Position numbers and translations under genes: made by a program. A stretch of 64,000 bases of DNA, from NCBI RefSeq assembly GCF_009914755.1, contig NC_060929.1; one strand, given 5' to 3'. Positions 28,448 to 41,525 of this stretch are shown piece by piece; the stretch's first letter is position 1; each line of letters starts with the position of its first letter. Origin of the DNA: the human T2T-CHM13v2.0 reference genome, Homo sapiens. A model generated the notes under the pieces. The model did no database searches, had not been told where the DNA came from, and saw only the letters and a list, made by a program, of their open reading frames with translations.

Positions 28448-30360
28448 CCACAGCGTTGCACACACTTAAAAAAAAAAAGTTCCCAGAAATCCTGAAGTAA
28501 ATAAATTTGCTTAACTGTGTTTAAGCTAGGGTTTCCTATATTACTTGAGCCAGAGACATTTGTGTGAGACAGTGTGTGTATGCATGTGTGTACCACTGCT
28601 TTTAACAGTTTTCTGGTAAAAAGAAAATAAACTCATCTGATCACAACAACAAATTACAAGAGCATGACCCACCTTCTTCCACCCAAACAAACACAAACCT
28701 AACACCTTTCAGGTAGAAAATTCCTTTCCTTGTTGCTAAACCATTCTAAGGAAACCAGAGAATAAAATATATTTTTCTGTTGAAAACAGTCTCCTTTAAC
28801 ATGAAACCACCCTTGTAAGTAGTTTTCTCCAACCAAGATCTTGTTTTTATGCGTCAAAGACAAGATAGTATCTTGCTATGCACACTACCCCTAGGGAAAT
28901 ATTTAAAATATTTTTCTCTGGTAAGGACTGGTATTTAAAATGCTTACATCAATGCATCAGTCGAAGCCCGGCTTGCAACGTACTAGGATCAAAGTGATCA
29001 TGTCCTCTATTGAGTTGGATTCCAAATCCATTTGCACTAATTATTTTCTACAAAAATCCTAATGCATAATGAGCAGAGGCCCTAGAAGTCCTCTACTGAT
29101 TTCAAATTAGTTCTTTGCATAACCTAGTAGCAAAAAGGGATCTAGGCATGTATTTTTGATCTTCTATTAGTAAAGTCTAGTTGAAAAATAAATAAAAGTC
29201 AGCTCTTTACTTTGTTAACATTTTTAGGATTCTTGAGCAATGCCCTGCTTGGGTGTTGTATGCCATGTACATGCCTGCACGCACCCACACATGCACGTGT
29301 AGTTTCGGGGACCGGAGACACACCCATTGCTCTAGCAACAGTGAGCTCACACTTCAGAAATGGGACCTGGTGTGGGCTGAATGTCTTTCCCATTACGCTT
29401 ATAATTCAGATAATTTCATCTGAAAAATTCAGAAAATAAAAGTATTCTCTCCTTCAATCATCCAATTATCCTTGATTTTTCACTTCCTTTGAAAAGTATA
29501 CAGAGAGCCCTTTAAATGAAAAGATGGGAGAATCACTCTAATAACTTCTCATTTGAGAAAATCCTATCTGGGTCAGTGTGAATCAGGTTTGGAATGGTGA
29601 CAAGATCCTTACTTGCAAAGCCCTAAAAAGGCCAGAACTCTGCCCTGTCAACCTTCCCACATCTCTGAAATTCAGACCATTTAACAACCAAGGTTAGGGA
29701 AAGACAATGTGTCAGAGCCTGTAACACTATCAGGCTTTATGGCCAGGGAATCTCAAGATAAATGGCACCAGAGGCCATGGAAACATCCAGATTTTCTTCT
29801 GTAATGTGATTCTTTTCTTTTTCTGACACTAGTGGACGTCTCAGCTTGCCACTGCCATTGAGTGTACATATGGGAGGTGTCCTTTATTAGTTCCTATCAC
29901 ATTCAAGAAGCCATGGACACCTTCCAAAGGGTTTGGGAGCAAAAGACAAAGAGAACTCGATCCTAAACCAGGTATAGGGTTCTGCTTATATTTACGTCTA
30001 TGTTGGATCTAATTACTACATGGTAAGTGCAGCATAACAAAGGTACCTTTGGGATGAAAGAAAATATTTTATTGTCAGTGAATACACTCTGAATGCAAGG
30101 CAGCGTAGGAGAGTCAGTACAAAGGCAGATTCAAAGCATAATGAATTGCTAGTCTCTAGATGTAATACTACTTCGAACTTTTCAATATATTCATCATGCT
30201 TTCCTGAAACTCCTAGTCTCTAGGTAAAAGACAAGATGGGAAAAAAGAGGAGAAAGGGATTAACATAAACTAAGCGTCTATTGATGGCAAGATATTATGC
30301 TAAACACTTCAACAAGTGACTTTATCAGCCCAACCTCTGTAAGAAAGTATAGTTATTATT

Positions 30361-30580
30361 CTGGAGTCAGCTTGAACCTGGTTTAAAAATATGGCTGTGC
30401 CACTTAGTAGCTATAGACATGAGCATGTCACTATAGCTCTCTAGATCAAATGTCCTCATCTGCAAAATGGGAATAACAGTAGTACCCACTCCACAGGCTG
30501 CCGTCTGGGCATAGTGAGATGGTACCTGCCTAGCAGAAGGCCTGGCACATAATACATACTTAATAAATGTCTGCAATAGT
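30361..30580 (+). mobile_element. MIR
   Basis: CTGGAGTCAG..GCCACTTAGTAGCT..TCCTCATCTGCAAAATGGGAATAACAGTAGTACC..GCCTGGCACATA..TAATAAATGT. Confidence 0.75.
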
Positions 30581-31239
30581 GTTACTATTATAGCACACTG
30601 GCAACTAAGTAGGCTGTCCCCCATGACTTGACCAGGAGTAAGAAGGGGAAAGAAGTTGAGTTATAAAAGGCACTAACAGCTCACAATCACAGAATCATCA
30701 TGGATGCTCATTCTAAATCAAATCACTCTCTTAGTGTAAAGGCAACCACATTTTGATAATAATGTTGTCCTCAGACTGATCTATACAGAACCTTGAGGCA
30801 GGAGGAGACAAGAGGAAAAAGGAAGGGATTTTAAAAATCAAATCTGAGAATCTCTACTTTTGAGTAGAGAGATCATTATGCCAAAGGGTCTCAAACCCAT
30901 CTGATCTTCAGGATGGCCAAGAATATGGCCGAGAAATACGGGTGGGTGTCTTGGCCACACTCCTGGAGATTCTGAGTCACTTGGTTGGAGATGACTTAGA
31001 TGTTCCCAGAGTCTGATGATCATCCAGCTTTGGTAAGCCATGACCTAGTTTCATGTACCCTTCCTACCCCGCCTTTTCCCAAAATTAAACAGAAAGCCCA
31101 CCTGTGCCCAAGGCACCAGTAACTTTTACAATCTCCTTGAAAAGTTGTTTTCCAGCCCCTGCTTACTCATATGTGTTTTGGCTTACACTGAATATTCAGA
31201 TGCATATATTAGGCATTCTATTTTAGTACAAGAGGCAGG

Positions 31240-31460
31240 ACAGCAGCTTGGGTTTTAGAGTCATAAAGACGTGCACTCAAGTCCAAGCATTACCACTTAC
31301 TAGCCGTCTAACCTAAGGCAAGTTCCTTAACTTCCCTGGCTTCAGCTATCACATCTCTACAATAAGGATAATATCAGTGCCTATGTTATAGGTTTATCTT
31401 GAAGATTAAATTAGCCAATGCATGCAAAATGTTCTTGGAACATTAGCATAAATGTTAGCT
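31240..31460 (+). mobile_element. MIR
   Basis: ACCACTTACTAGC..GGCAAGTTCCTTAAC..GGATAATA..GAAGATTAAAT..ATAAATGTTAGCT. Confidence 0.7.
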
Positions 31461-32646
31461 TCTCTTTTAATTCCAACTGAAGTAGTTCCTTTGGCTGACA
31501 TGGAACTCAATTATCATCATGTCTCTGAACATTAGCCAAAAATATTAGCCAATGAGCAGAACAGAAACATCCCAAACTCTCATCCCCCAAAGGCGAAACA
31601 TGTCAAAACACAAAGGCTTGTCAGTGAGGGTAGTGGTTAAATTCTCGTGGAGGGCTTTCTGATCCCATAACTGAAACCCCATGACACTGACAGATACAAT
31701 CAGATAATGATGGCAATCAATAATGATAACAGAAATTATTATTTATTTTCATAAACACAGAGTATGTGCATCCCACTGAGTTACACACATCACATGCCAG
31801 CATTCACTTTCAGGGCAGTCAATCAATGAGAGATCTCAATATCCACCCGCCGAGGCAGGATGGGGAGGATAGAGCGAAGGTTGAGAAATTACCCATACTA
31901 GAATGACACATTCACAAAGTTAATCTAATCCAGGAGCCGTTGGTGCCATTGCAAGCCTGTGAATATGGAATAGGCTTGATTGATTTTTCACTGCAGTAGC
32001 TAAACACGCCATTGTTATATGCAACAAATGTAAGGAAAGGAAAGATGAAACCATAAAAGGATTGGATGTGAAGCCCCCAGAGCAGCAATAAATCACAAAA
32101 TGAAGTCTAAAAAAATTAAAAATGGTAGAGGAAGGCTGTATCTATGTCCTAAGAGGCCTCAGTTATCAAAGCATATACCGAAAATTAAAACCTGGGGCAG
32201 TAAAGGCTGATCCTGACTCAACCAATAATTTGCACTAAATCTGGCCTGGGGTTCCCCCTCCTCCCAGAATGAGTATTACGACATAGGTACCTCAGAGGGA
32301 GCAAGAAAGCCTAAAGGCTATAGACAGACAGAACGTGCTTCATTCCCAGTTCTGCCTCTTTCTAGCTGTGTGATCCTGATTAGATACCTGGCCCCTCAGA
32401 GCCAGTTACCCTCTTTTATAAATGGGATAATCACATCCACACCACTAGAAAGAAAGAAATGGCAATGCACATCCTGTATGCCTCAAAGGATCCTTGGGAG
32501 CATCAAATGAGATGCCCAACATGAAAGCCCATCTACCCTCCAGATGCATCGTGGAAACTCCTTCCTAATCCCGTCTCCTCCCTTTGTGCTTCTTCTGAAC
32601 TGCCATGGTTATCTTCTGTGCTTTTCTCAGGACAGTTATCCTTCTC

Positions 32647-32845
32647 CATGATTTCTCAAAGTGTGGTCCAGGGACCACCTGCACCAGAATCACCTGGGCA
32701 TTTTCTGGGAGGGGCCTTGTCAAAGATGTCATTTCTTAGAGTCCAACTCAAACCTTCTAAACCAGCATCCCTAGTGACGAGGCCAGAAATTATGTTCTAG
32801 GCAGAGTCCCCGGTGACCATGAGGCACACAGTCATTTAAGAACCA
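32647..32845. mobile_element. MER5A (hAT-Charlie)
   Basis: TTTCTCAAAGTGTGGTCCAGGGACCACCTGCACCAGAATCACCTGGG. Right boundary approximate. Confidence 0.7.
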
Positions 32846-34034
32846 ATGATTGAATTCATTTTATGTTTCAGCCACTTGTAACTTGTCTCCTCCATGCCCC
32901 CTAAGGACAGAGAGTGTGTTTCATTCATCTTTGTAAGAGCCACACTTTGTAGTGCATGCTTAGTACAGTGTGTAGCATAGTAGACACTGAGATACAAAAT
33001 ACATGGAAAAGTCCTGTACATCAGATGTTGTCATCCTCACTGTTGTTTAAATCAAGTGCCATGCCATAAATAGTCCTAATAATAGTGAGGAACAGGAGCT
33101 CTGGAGTCAGACAGACTCTGGAGCTCTGGACTCCATTCTTGGCTTTGCTGTTTACTATTTGCAAGGCCTTAAGCCAGTACTTACCTTTCTGAGCCTCTGT
33201 TTATACATCTCTAAAATGGGCAGGATGCCTAAGTCACAGAATGATGATAAAGAAAGGACATCAAACAACTGCGCCCCAAGCCTGTCACTAAGAAAGGCTG
33301 AATATGCACAGTTGCTACTATTAGTAAGCCTAAACCAATAGTCTGTTTAATCAGTTCTCTAGGAGACAAATCAAGTAAACTGTTTCACTCAGAGGATCTC
33401 TCTTTTGGGAAAACTAGCTAGTCTTTTCAGTCAACTTGCCTAATCTCATGACCTTTTAGCAATGGTCCTCAGGAAGTCCTCATTCAGGAGTCAGAGCTGG
33501 TAAAACTGAATGCCAGTTGGCCAGTGTCTTAGACGGTACCTATGGTTGTGTCCAAATTGCCACCAATGGGATTTGCTAACATCAGGGTCATTTTAAGTGG
33601 AAAAAGTTTAGTTCTGGAGATTCATGAGACTGTGAGTGTCCTGTGCTGACAGGAGGACAGAAACAGCCATTGTGTAAAATATGATGTCATTTGATCTTTC
33701 CTTTAAAAATCAGTGCATCCCTTGTGTACCCACCCTGTGGCAGAAAAGGCTCTGCAGCCCTCACCCCCCGCCTTCCACCCCACCAAAATCTAGCTTGTAT
33801 GTTAAGAGAGCTTTGATAAAACGTTCTGAGAGACATCAATCAATAATAAAACATTCCTGCCCCATGGTCAGGAATATTTTCTTAAAAAGCAGAGCTGTAG
33901 AGAATAAGATGAAAAACATCAGATTTGGAGTCATGCGGACTAGGTTTGAATTCCAGCTCTTCCGTTTTCTAGCCATGAGATTTTGGGCAAACTTCTTGGC
34001 TACTCTAAAACACGGTTTCCATTTCTGTGTAATC

Positions 34035-34340
34035 TGTTCACTTGACAGATATTTACTGAAAGTCTACCATGTGCCATGGATTGTTCCAGGTGCCGGAGTT
34101 GCAGGAGAGAACAAAACAGAGTCCCTGCTTTCATGGAGCTTACAGTTTACTGGGGGTGAAGAGGAGGCAGACAGCGAAGAAAATGCTAGACAGTGACAAG
34201 AGCTAAGCAAAAAAGGGCAGAGAGAATGAATGGGAAATGTGGGTGTGCTCTTTTCCATAGGATACCCTAGGAGGGCCTGATAGGTAGCACTTGAGCAGAG
34301 ACTGAAATGAAGAGGAGGCTATGGCTTCAGATGATCTGGA
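34035..34340 (-). mobile_element. L2 fragment between two MIR halves (about 33890-34030 and 34370-34450)
   Basis: ACAGATATTTACTGAAAGTCTACCATGTGCCA..GAACAAAACAGAGTCCCTGCTTTCATGGAGCTTACAGTTTA. Confidence 0.65.
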
Positions 34341-34892
34341 GAGAAAAATAGAACCTAACCGAGAGAGATATTATGAGGACTATGTGATATTAAGGATATA
34401 AAATCTAGTACCTGGCACATAGTAAGCACTCAATAGATGGTTGCTATAATTATTTTTATTTGTTGTAAGGCATGTTTGAATAAAATCCATTCGAAAAATT
34501 GTATTCATCACATCACCTTCATTTTGGGAAGGTTATGACCAGTCACAGCTTGGGAGCTCATATTTGTAACAGGTAAAAATGCCGATTTCAACCTGGCCTA
34601 GGTTCCCAGGGCACTGGCAGCTGATAATAATGAGAAAAAGAATACCTCCAGGCTTACCCTGCAGGGAGAAGTATGCTAAGTGTGATTTCTCACCACCCAA
34701 CTTCCATTTCAGGCTGATTAAGTCACTTTAACGATGAGTTCCCATTACCTAGAAAGAGCTCTAAGGGTCTGTTACTCCTGGGCAGCGGGAGGTTGGGGAA
34801 GAAGGGCATGGAGGGTCTTCTGAAGTAAAACTGCATAGGGACCTCAAGGCCTTTGTTTCTCCATTGCTGAGGTCAGAGATCTGGAAAGTCAA

Positions 34893-35004
34893 TGTGTAAG
34901 TGTGTGTGTATGTGTGTGTGTGTGTGGCAGGGACAGTGGTAGCGGGGAGTGGTGGGGGGAGGGAGAGAGAGGGAGAGGAAGAGAGGGAGAGGGAGAGAGA
35001 GGGA
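34893..35004 (+). repeat. (TG)n followed by a G/A-rich low-complexity tract
   Basis: Directly visible. Confidence 0.8.
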
Positions 35005-36103
35005 GCGATTGATCGATTAATCCCCTCACCTGGAATAATAATGGCACTAATTATTAAGACAAACATTTCAAATGCCCAGATGTATATGTCTAAGTTTAAG
35101 AGCCTAACTCTTGATTTTTAGTCCCAGTCCTGGAATAACCAGTTGAGGGATACTGGGTAAGTCATTTTCCCTCTCTGAGGCTGCATCGGATCGAAGGGCT
35201 CAGGTCCCAGAGCAAAGTAGATCAAAGCTTGGTTCTCAGCCCTGCATGATCTTGGGTATACTACTTAACTGCTTGGAGCCTCATTTGTTAAATGGGCATT
35301 TTAACACCCTTTGAGGTAGCTAGTGCAGATAGAGAGTGCAGCGTGGTGCATGGTATATGGCAAATGATCAATAAGTGCTAGATACCCGCATTTTCACCTG
35401 CTAAATACCTGTCCTGCCCTCCTCATTGGCTATTCTGAAGATGAATCAAGGGACTAGGTGAGAAAACGCTTGTAATAGAAATGGTACAACTGTAAGGCAT
35501 TATTATTAAATTATTACCATGATTATTGCTTTATGTTAAGTTATGATATTGAGCAGGGGATATAGTTTTCATAGACATGCTTCTCATGGGCTCTTTTGGT
35601 AATGAGATTGATTTTGAAAGGCTATCTTCTATGAAAGATATAGTCACATTCTTGCTTTGAAAAGCTGAGTCTCTCAGCGCTGAAACAGAACAGGTTCATT
35701 ACACAGTAAGGATTAATTAGCTGTCGGGTATTATTAAATGTTCTCACTCTCAATACCCACATAGAACTGGAAACTATGAAAGTGAGCAAGAAGTAATCAT
35801 AGTACAGGGAAGGGAAAAAAAGACACAATTGCTGGCAATGCACATTTCAAGAGGAGAGCGTGTTAGTAAATTATAGTCTGATTAATATCACGTCAGCTCA
35901 TTCTCTGTTTGGAGTCATTGTTCTGAATCTAGTCTTCAGGGTTGCCTGCTTTTTTTTTCTTCTACCACTGGGATCAAAAAGAAAAGGAAGCTGGACTTTT
36001 CAGTGTTTAAAGAGTGCTGTGGTGTGGATGTTTACACTGAAATGCAGGATATTTGAGAGCCTAGGAAAGGAGAGGAGGTAAATACAGATACTGGTATTTA
36101 TAA

Positions 36104-36229
36104 TTATATAGCAAATATAACATGTCCCTCCAAAATATAACAGAGGTTATATAGCAAATATAACATGTCTCTCCAAAAAATAACAGGTTCATAAAAATGA
36201 TAGCTTGAAAAAAAAAATGATAGCTCGAA
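36104..36229 (+). repeat. Adjacent tandem duplications (2 x 43 bp, then 2 x 20 bp)
   Basis: TTATATAGCAAATATAACATGTC.CTCCAAAA.ATAACAG at 36104 and 36147; AAAAATGATAGCT.GAA twice. Confidence 0.85.
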
Positions 36230-37197
36230 TGGGCCTTAGGGATGATAGAGTCCAGTGACCGCAGACCCCCTTGTCTCAGCCACCAGGGTCAAGTGTTGAA
36301 AATGCAGATTCCTCTGGGCCTCCTCTCTGGAGTGGGTCTCAGGAATTTACATTTCCCAGTCCTCTGCTTGGCAGCTTAGAAACTAAGCTTGGAGGGAAGA
36401 AGTATAATTCATCAGTTAGGTTGTTAGGTTACACAGCTGGTTAGTAAGAAAGCAAGAACCAGAGTTGGAATTTTCCAACTCCCAGCCACACCTCAGGGCC
36501 TCCTTCTCTGTTTCATCTGAAGTCCACTTCATTGGCATCACTGGCTTGGCATGGGGAGGATCTCTGCTCTCGTGGAAACTGAATAGACCTTCTTTGCTCT
36601 TTATCATAGGGATGGAATTCTCCCAGGGGTTAAGCACAGATATATGAAATCCCATAGGATGCCATGGACAGTAGGATTCCACAGTGGGGTCTACAGATGT
36701 CATCTGAGAAATTCCATCCACATAGCAAACAAGGGCAAGGTAAAGTCTGGGCAGAAGTTCACGGTATAAACTCTACGTGGCACTTAATCCAGTTGTTTTC
36801 TCCATAAGATTGCCATGTCTCGAGGGGCAAAAGACAGTCTTATTCCCAATATATTGCCAGTACGGTGTTTGCCACTTAGTAAATCTCAGTGAGTAGTTTG
36901 TAGAATAAATACAACAGTATAAAAAGTATAAAAAGAAAAATAACTGAATTGTCTCATATATATAGGCCCACTATCAGTAGGGGGTAATAATAGCCATGAT
37001 GACGATGATGTTATTAATACTAAAACAACAGAAGGGAACTAACATCATTGAGTGCTTTTTGTGAGCCAGCACTACACAGGCTAAGCTGTTTCTTACACAA
37101 AATAACTTATTGAATCCTCACAACAATTCCAGGAAGCAGTGACTATCATCATCCCCGTTATATAGATGAGACATTGGAGGCACAAGGTATTCAAATA

Positions 37198-37514
37198 TAG
37201 CCACATGCCACATGATGTTTTGGTCAATAACACTGGTTCCATAAGATTATAATACTGTATTTGTACTGTGTCTTTTCTATGCTTAGATATGTTTATATAC
37301 ACAAATACCATTGTGTTATAATTGCTTACTATTCAACACAGGAACAGGCGTACAGGATTGTAGCCGAGGACCAACAGGCAATGTAGTCTAGGTATATAGT
37401 AGGCTATACCATCTAGGTTTGCATAAGTATACTCTATGATGTTTTCACAACAATGAAGTCACCCAATGATGCATTTCTCAGAATATATTCCCATCATTAA
37501 GTGATATATGACTG
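37198..37514 (+). mobile_element. Tigger3a/MER7A-type MITE inserted in a MIR
   Basis: CCATAAGATTATAATACTGTAT..TAGTAGGCTATACCATCTAGGTTTG..TGCATTTCTCAGAA..ATGACTG. MIR halves flank it at about 37045-37195 and 37515-37610. Confidence 0.85.
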
Positions 37515-39012
37515 TCATATGCCCAAGGTCACTAGCGGAAAGTAACGGAGCCAGAATTCTAACCCAGGCTGGACTGACTCAACAATAATACTCTTCACTA
37601 CGCTACTTTCCAGCCTCCAAAACCCCTGCACATTCAGAGCATCAAGGCTGGATTTATGCCAAGTCCACCCAGAATGATAAGGTGGACTTACATGGAGGTT
37701 CTCCAGAGCTGAAAGCATAGGCTGATCAGAGGAAACAGAGTCGCCAATGCTTGTGAGCTCAGAAGCAGCTCAACTGAAGACCATGTGCCCATTAGGACAG
37801 GGTAAACACCTAATAGTCTAGCATGGTGGTCAGCACAGAGTCTATATTCAAAAAGTAACTGCTGAATAAGCAGATGTATCAATAAATGAATTATTAAACA
37901 AATAAACAAGTGAGCTAATCAAGCATACAATGACCATCCCATTTTGGCTTTCAAACATAGGGCAAGAACCTATTTTCCTCACATCTACTTCACTGTCTCC
38001 CTTCTTACTTTTGGTCTTTAGCAGAGCTGCTGGTGTCTGAAATCACATATTTTACACAGTTTTACAAGGCTGTTGGGGCTAGGGCTATCCCAACATGTGC
38101 CTGCTTTACTGCTCACATTGAACATGTTCATAACTGAGCTCATCATCCAGTCCTAAACCACTTTACCTTACATCTAGAGACCCTTCCCTTAAAAGATCGC
38201 TTTGAGAAATCCGTTTTTAATGCCACTTTCCCATGAGAACTTTTCTGGTCTCCAAAAACCACAGCTAATTTTTTCCTCCTTTTATCAAATTGCAACTCTC
38301 CAACACTTTCTCAATGCATTTATCTTACTATATTTAGTGCCATAATCATTTGTATATTAGTCTTACAAATCCTCTTTATCAGGCTATGTATTTCTGAGGA
38401 ACAGGAAGGAAGCCACTCAGACTGAGTAGAGATCATATATTGAGGACCAGCCATAGAGGAAGGGTTTTCCATCCTTGCACTTCTTCCTCATAAGTCCACG
38501 AGCAGTAGGTACTGTGTTCACTGTTTTGCAGATGGAGAAATTAAAATTAACTTGCATGTTGAAAGCTCGAAAAGGTTAAATGACTATTGGGAAATTTGGG
38601 TAAGTGGCAGAATTTGAAGCCAGGTCTGTTAGATTATTAAGTTTGTGTTCTGAATCACAAGACTGCAACTCGCCATCTGGATTCTCATCCCTGTACCTTC
38701 AGTACAGAAGGTGCTCAAGACATTTTAGATAACGTGAACAACAGAGGCTAAGATTATAGTAACGTCTGGCAGTGGCCATGTGGGCAAGTCTTCTGGGACA
38801 AAAGGAAAAGCATGGATTTGTAGTCATTAGAAGGCTTGGCACCTTTCCTGCTTCTCCATCTGCCACCAGAGAGAGACTGGGGTAGGCTGAGTCTCTGCCT
38901 ACGTTCCCTCACTGGCCCATTATAGTTGCAACCTACAGTAACAACCAGCACATGGCCAACCTTAGGAGACCTGCCCCTGACTGTGGTGGCCAGGGCAGCT
39001 GTTTGCACTCAC

Positions 39013-39125
39013 CCGCAGGGTTGTGATGGTGGCAGGATCCCGGAGCCGGCCCTCCTCATCTTTCAGATTGTAGCCTTCTGGCCTCTTATCACGCTCGCTG
39101 ACTTTCCACAGCTTCACAGTTTTAT
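39013..39125 (-). CDS. PPP2R2B: PPP2R2B coding exon, 113 nt, (D)[37 protein letters not shown]
   Basis: Lies within ORF 38962..39198. Acceptor ccactacAG|AT completes G+AT = Asp from the previous exon. Donor CGG|GTGAGT. The next exon is not found in 1-39012, so it lies beyond the left window edge. Confidence 0.97.
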
Positions 39126-39554
39126 CTGTAGTGGGCAACCAGATTAAGTCAGAATTATAGTGAAAAGCAAGCTCATAAGGGAGTTTTCCTGGGGGCAATG
39201 GGGAGAGGAAGAGGTAAGGATGGATAGAATTGCTACAGAAGCTGGCTCACATAAACGTTTGGCGTGCATAAATCCCATGTCATTTGAAGGCAGAGCTCAT
39301 ATTTCAAAACAAAAACATACATTATGCTGGGACAAATGGATTTCCCTGATAATGGGCTCTTAAATCTATAGCTTATACCTTAATTCAGCTCATTCAATAA
39401 AAGCATTTATTGAGCATTGAATAATAAGAGTGCAACATACACAGAGCTTACAATGTAACTAAGAATTTTACATGAAAAATTGGTTTAACAGTCATAACTC
39501 TGGAAGTAGGTGCTATTATCTCTATTTTAGCATCTCACCTCACTAACACATTGT

Positions 39555-40080
39555 CCTTACCATGTCCTAAAAGGCCCTTCATGACCTGCCCTCTCCACTT
39601 TCTCCACCTTTCTGACCCCCCTGTCCATCCTCTCCCTGCTCACTCACTGTGCTCCAGACACATGGCTTCCCTACTGCTCCAGGTACACATTAAGCTCACT
39701 AAGCCTCGGGGCCTTTGCACTTGCTGTGTCTTCTGTCTGGAAAGTCCTTTACCCTCTTTTTCGTATAATTTGCTCCTTTACTTTCCTCTTGCGCTTGCAT
39801 CCCAACCTTAGAGAAGCTTATGTAATACCTACCTAAAAATGCTGTCCTCAGAACCATTCTCTATCTCCTCTCTCCTGCTTTATTTTTCTTCATGATACCT
39901 TTTACTACCTGACAATTGGTTGATTATTTATCAAATAACTATCTGTCTCTTTCACTAGAGTGTAAAATTGTTGAAGGCAGGGATTCTATCTATCTTGTTT
40001 ATCACTGTACCACCAGCACCCAGAACAGTGCCTGGCACACAATAGCTGCTCAATAAACATTAGTAGGGCAAATGAACAAA
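39555..40080 (+). mobile_element. L2a-type 3' fragment
   Basis: GCTCACTCACTGTGCTCCAG..GGGCCTTTGCACTTGCTG..CACTAGAGTGTAA..GAAGGCAGGGA..AGAACAGTGCCTGGCACA..CTCAATAAA. Confidence 0.8.
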
Positions 40081-40414
40081 TCTCATCTACCTGCATAGTA
40101 CATATTTCTAGCAATATTCAGGGAAATAAAATGGTAAGGAGATACACTGAAATGTTCCTTTCCTTTTGCTGCCTCTATGGAGTCTCCAGCTGGAAACTAC
40201 CTTTCTCACCTTTGTACTGCCCCAGCACTTTTTACAACTTGATGACACCTGGCATTCTCTATAGCATTAAAACAGAGAACTCCTATCCCTACAGAACTCC
40301 CATGAGAACTCCCATCCCTACACCTGTCATGCAGGCCAAGGAAATGAGTAAAAAGGGCTAAAGGATCTGTGGAGCTGGAATGGCGTGCCCTACATGCAGG
40401 CTTTTAATTCAATT

Positions 40415-40718
40415 TTTTTTTTTTTTTTTTTTTTTTGAGACAGAGTCTCGCATTTTCACCCAGGCTGGAGCGCAGTGGCACAATCTCAGCTCACTGCAAG
40501 CTCTGCCTCCTGGGTTCATGACATTCTCCTACCTCAGCCTCCTGAGTAGGTGGGACTACAGGCACCCACCACCACGCCCGGCTAATTTTTTTGTATTTCT
40601 AGTAGAGACGGGGTTTCACCGTGTTAGCCAGGATGGTCTCGATCTCCTGACCTCTTGATCCGCCTGCCTCGGTCTCCCAAAGTGCTGGGATTACAGGCGG
40701 GAGCCACCACACCCGGCC
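40415..40718 (-). mobile_element. AluY
   Basis: Y diagnostics GCAAGCTC..., ACCGTGTTAGCCAGGATGGTCTCGATCTCC. Long T tail. TSD TAATTCAATT at 40405-40414 and 40719-40728. Confidence 0.93.
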
Positions 40719-40987
40719 TAATTCAATTATTTAAGGAGACAAGATCAGGCAAACAAATCATGTCTGCTGGCCACATGCTTTGGTGGGCTTGCCTTATCAG
40801 ATCCAGTGTACATTTTTTATACTTGTTTTAACATATCTTTTTGAAGGCAGAACTTGGTTGCCTTCTTTGTATCTTCCTCTGTCTTGCACAAGGTAGGGTT
40901 TGGAATCAGACAACCTTGGGCCCAATCCCCACTCTGACGCCAGTCACATGTCCAAGGACGGGGATTCCCACTCAGTAGGTACATAAC

Positions 40988-41103
40988 CCTTCCTCCCTTC
41001 CCTCTCTCCTTCCTTCCCTCCCTCCCTTTTTTCCTTCCTTCTTTCTTTCCTTCCTTCCCTTCTTCCTTCCCTTCCTCTCTCCTTTCTTCCCTTCCTCTCT
41101 TCT
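40988..41103 (+). repeat. (CCTT/CCCT/CT)n pyrimidine tract (Alu tail derived)
   Basis: Directly visible; abuts the AluJ tail. Confidence 0.9.
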
Positions 41104-41398
41104 TCTTTTTTTAAATTGAGATAGAGTCTCACTCTGTCACCTAGGCTGGAGTGCATTGGCGAGATCATGGTTCACTGCAGCCTTGTCTTCCTGGGCTCAG
41201 GTGATTCTCTCATCTCAGCCTCCAGAGTAGCTAGGACCATAGTCACATGCCACCACGCCCAGAGAATTTTTCTATTTTTTATAGAGACATGATTTTTTCA
41301 TGTTGCCCAGGCTGATCTCAAACTCCCAGGCTCAAGCAGTCTGCCCACCTTTGCCTCCCAAAGTGCTGGGATTACAGGCATGAGCCACCACACCCGAC
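41104..41398 (-). mobile_element. AluJ with expanded (CCTT/CT)n tail
   Basis: GCAGCCTTGTCTTCCTGGGCTCAGGTGAT and CATGTTGCCCAGGCTG...GGCTCAAGCAGTC are J-type features. Confidence 0.88.
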
Positions 41399-41426
41399 CA
41401 CAACTAGTATTTCTTAAGCAACAAAT

Positions 41427-41525
41427 AGGATTGCCAGATTTAGCAAGTAAAAAAATATAGAACACCCAGTTAAGTTTGAATTTCAGATAAGCAAAAAATA
41501 ATTTAGTATGAGTATATCCCATATA
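41427..41525. mobile_element. MER53 fragment (hAT)
   Basis: AGGATTGCCAGATTTAGCAAGTAAAAAAATATAGAACACCCAGTTAAGTTTGAATTTCAGATAA. Confidence 0.75.

Noticed and set aside
33681-34196. 171-aa ORF with an ATG start
   Set aside because: Its 3' half runs through MIR and L2 sequence, and I recognise no homology.
38962-39198. ORF-track extensions beyond the PPP2R2B exons (also 45778..46053)
   Set aside because: B55 homology stops exactly at the canonical splice sites, so the extensions are intronic.
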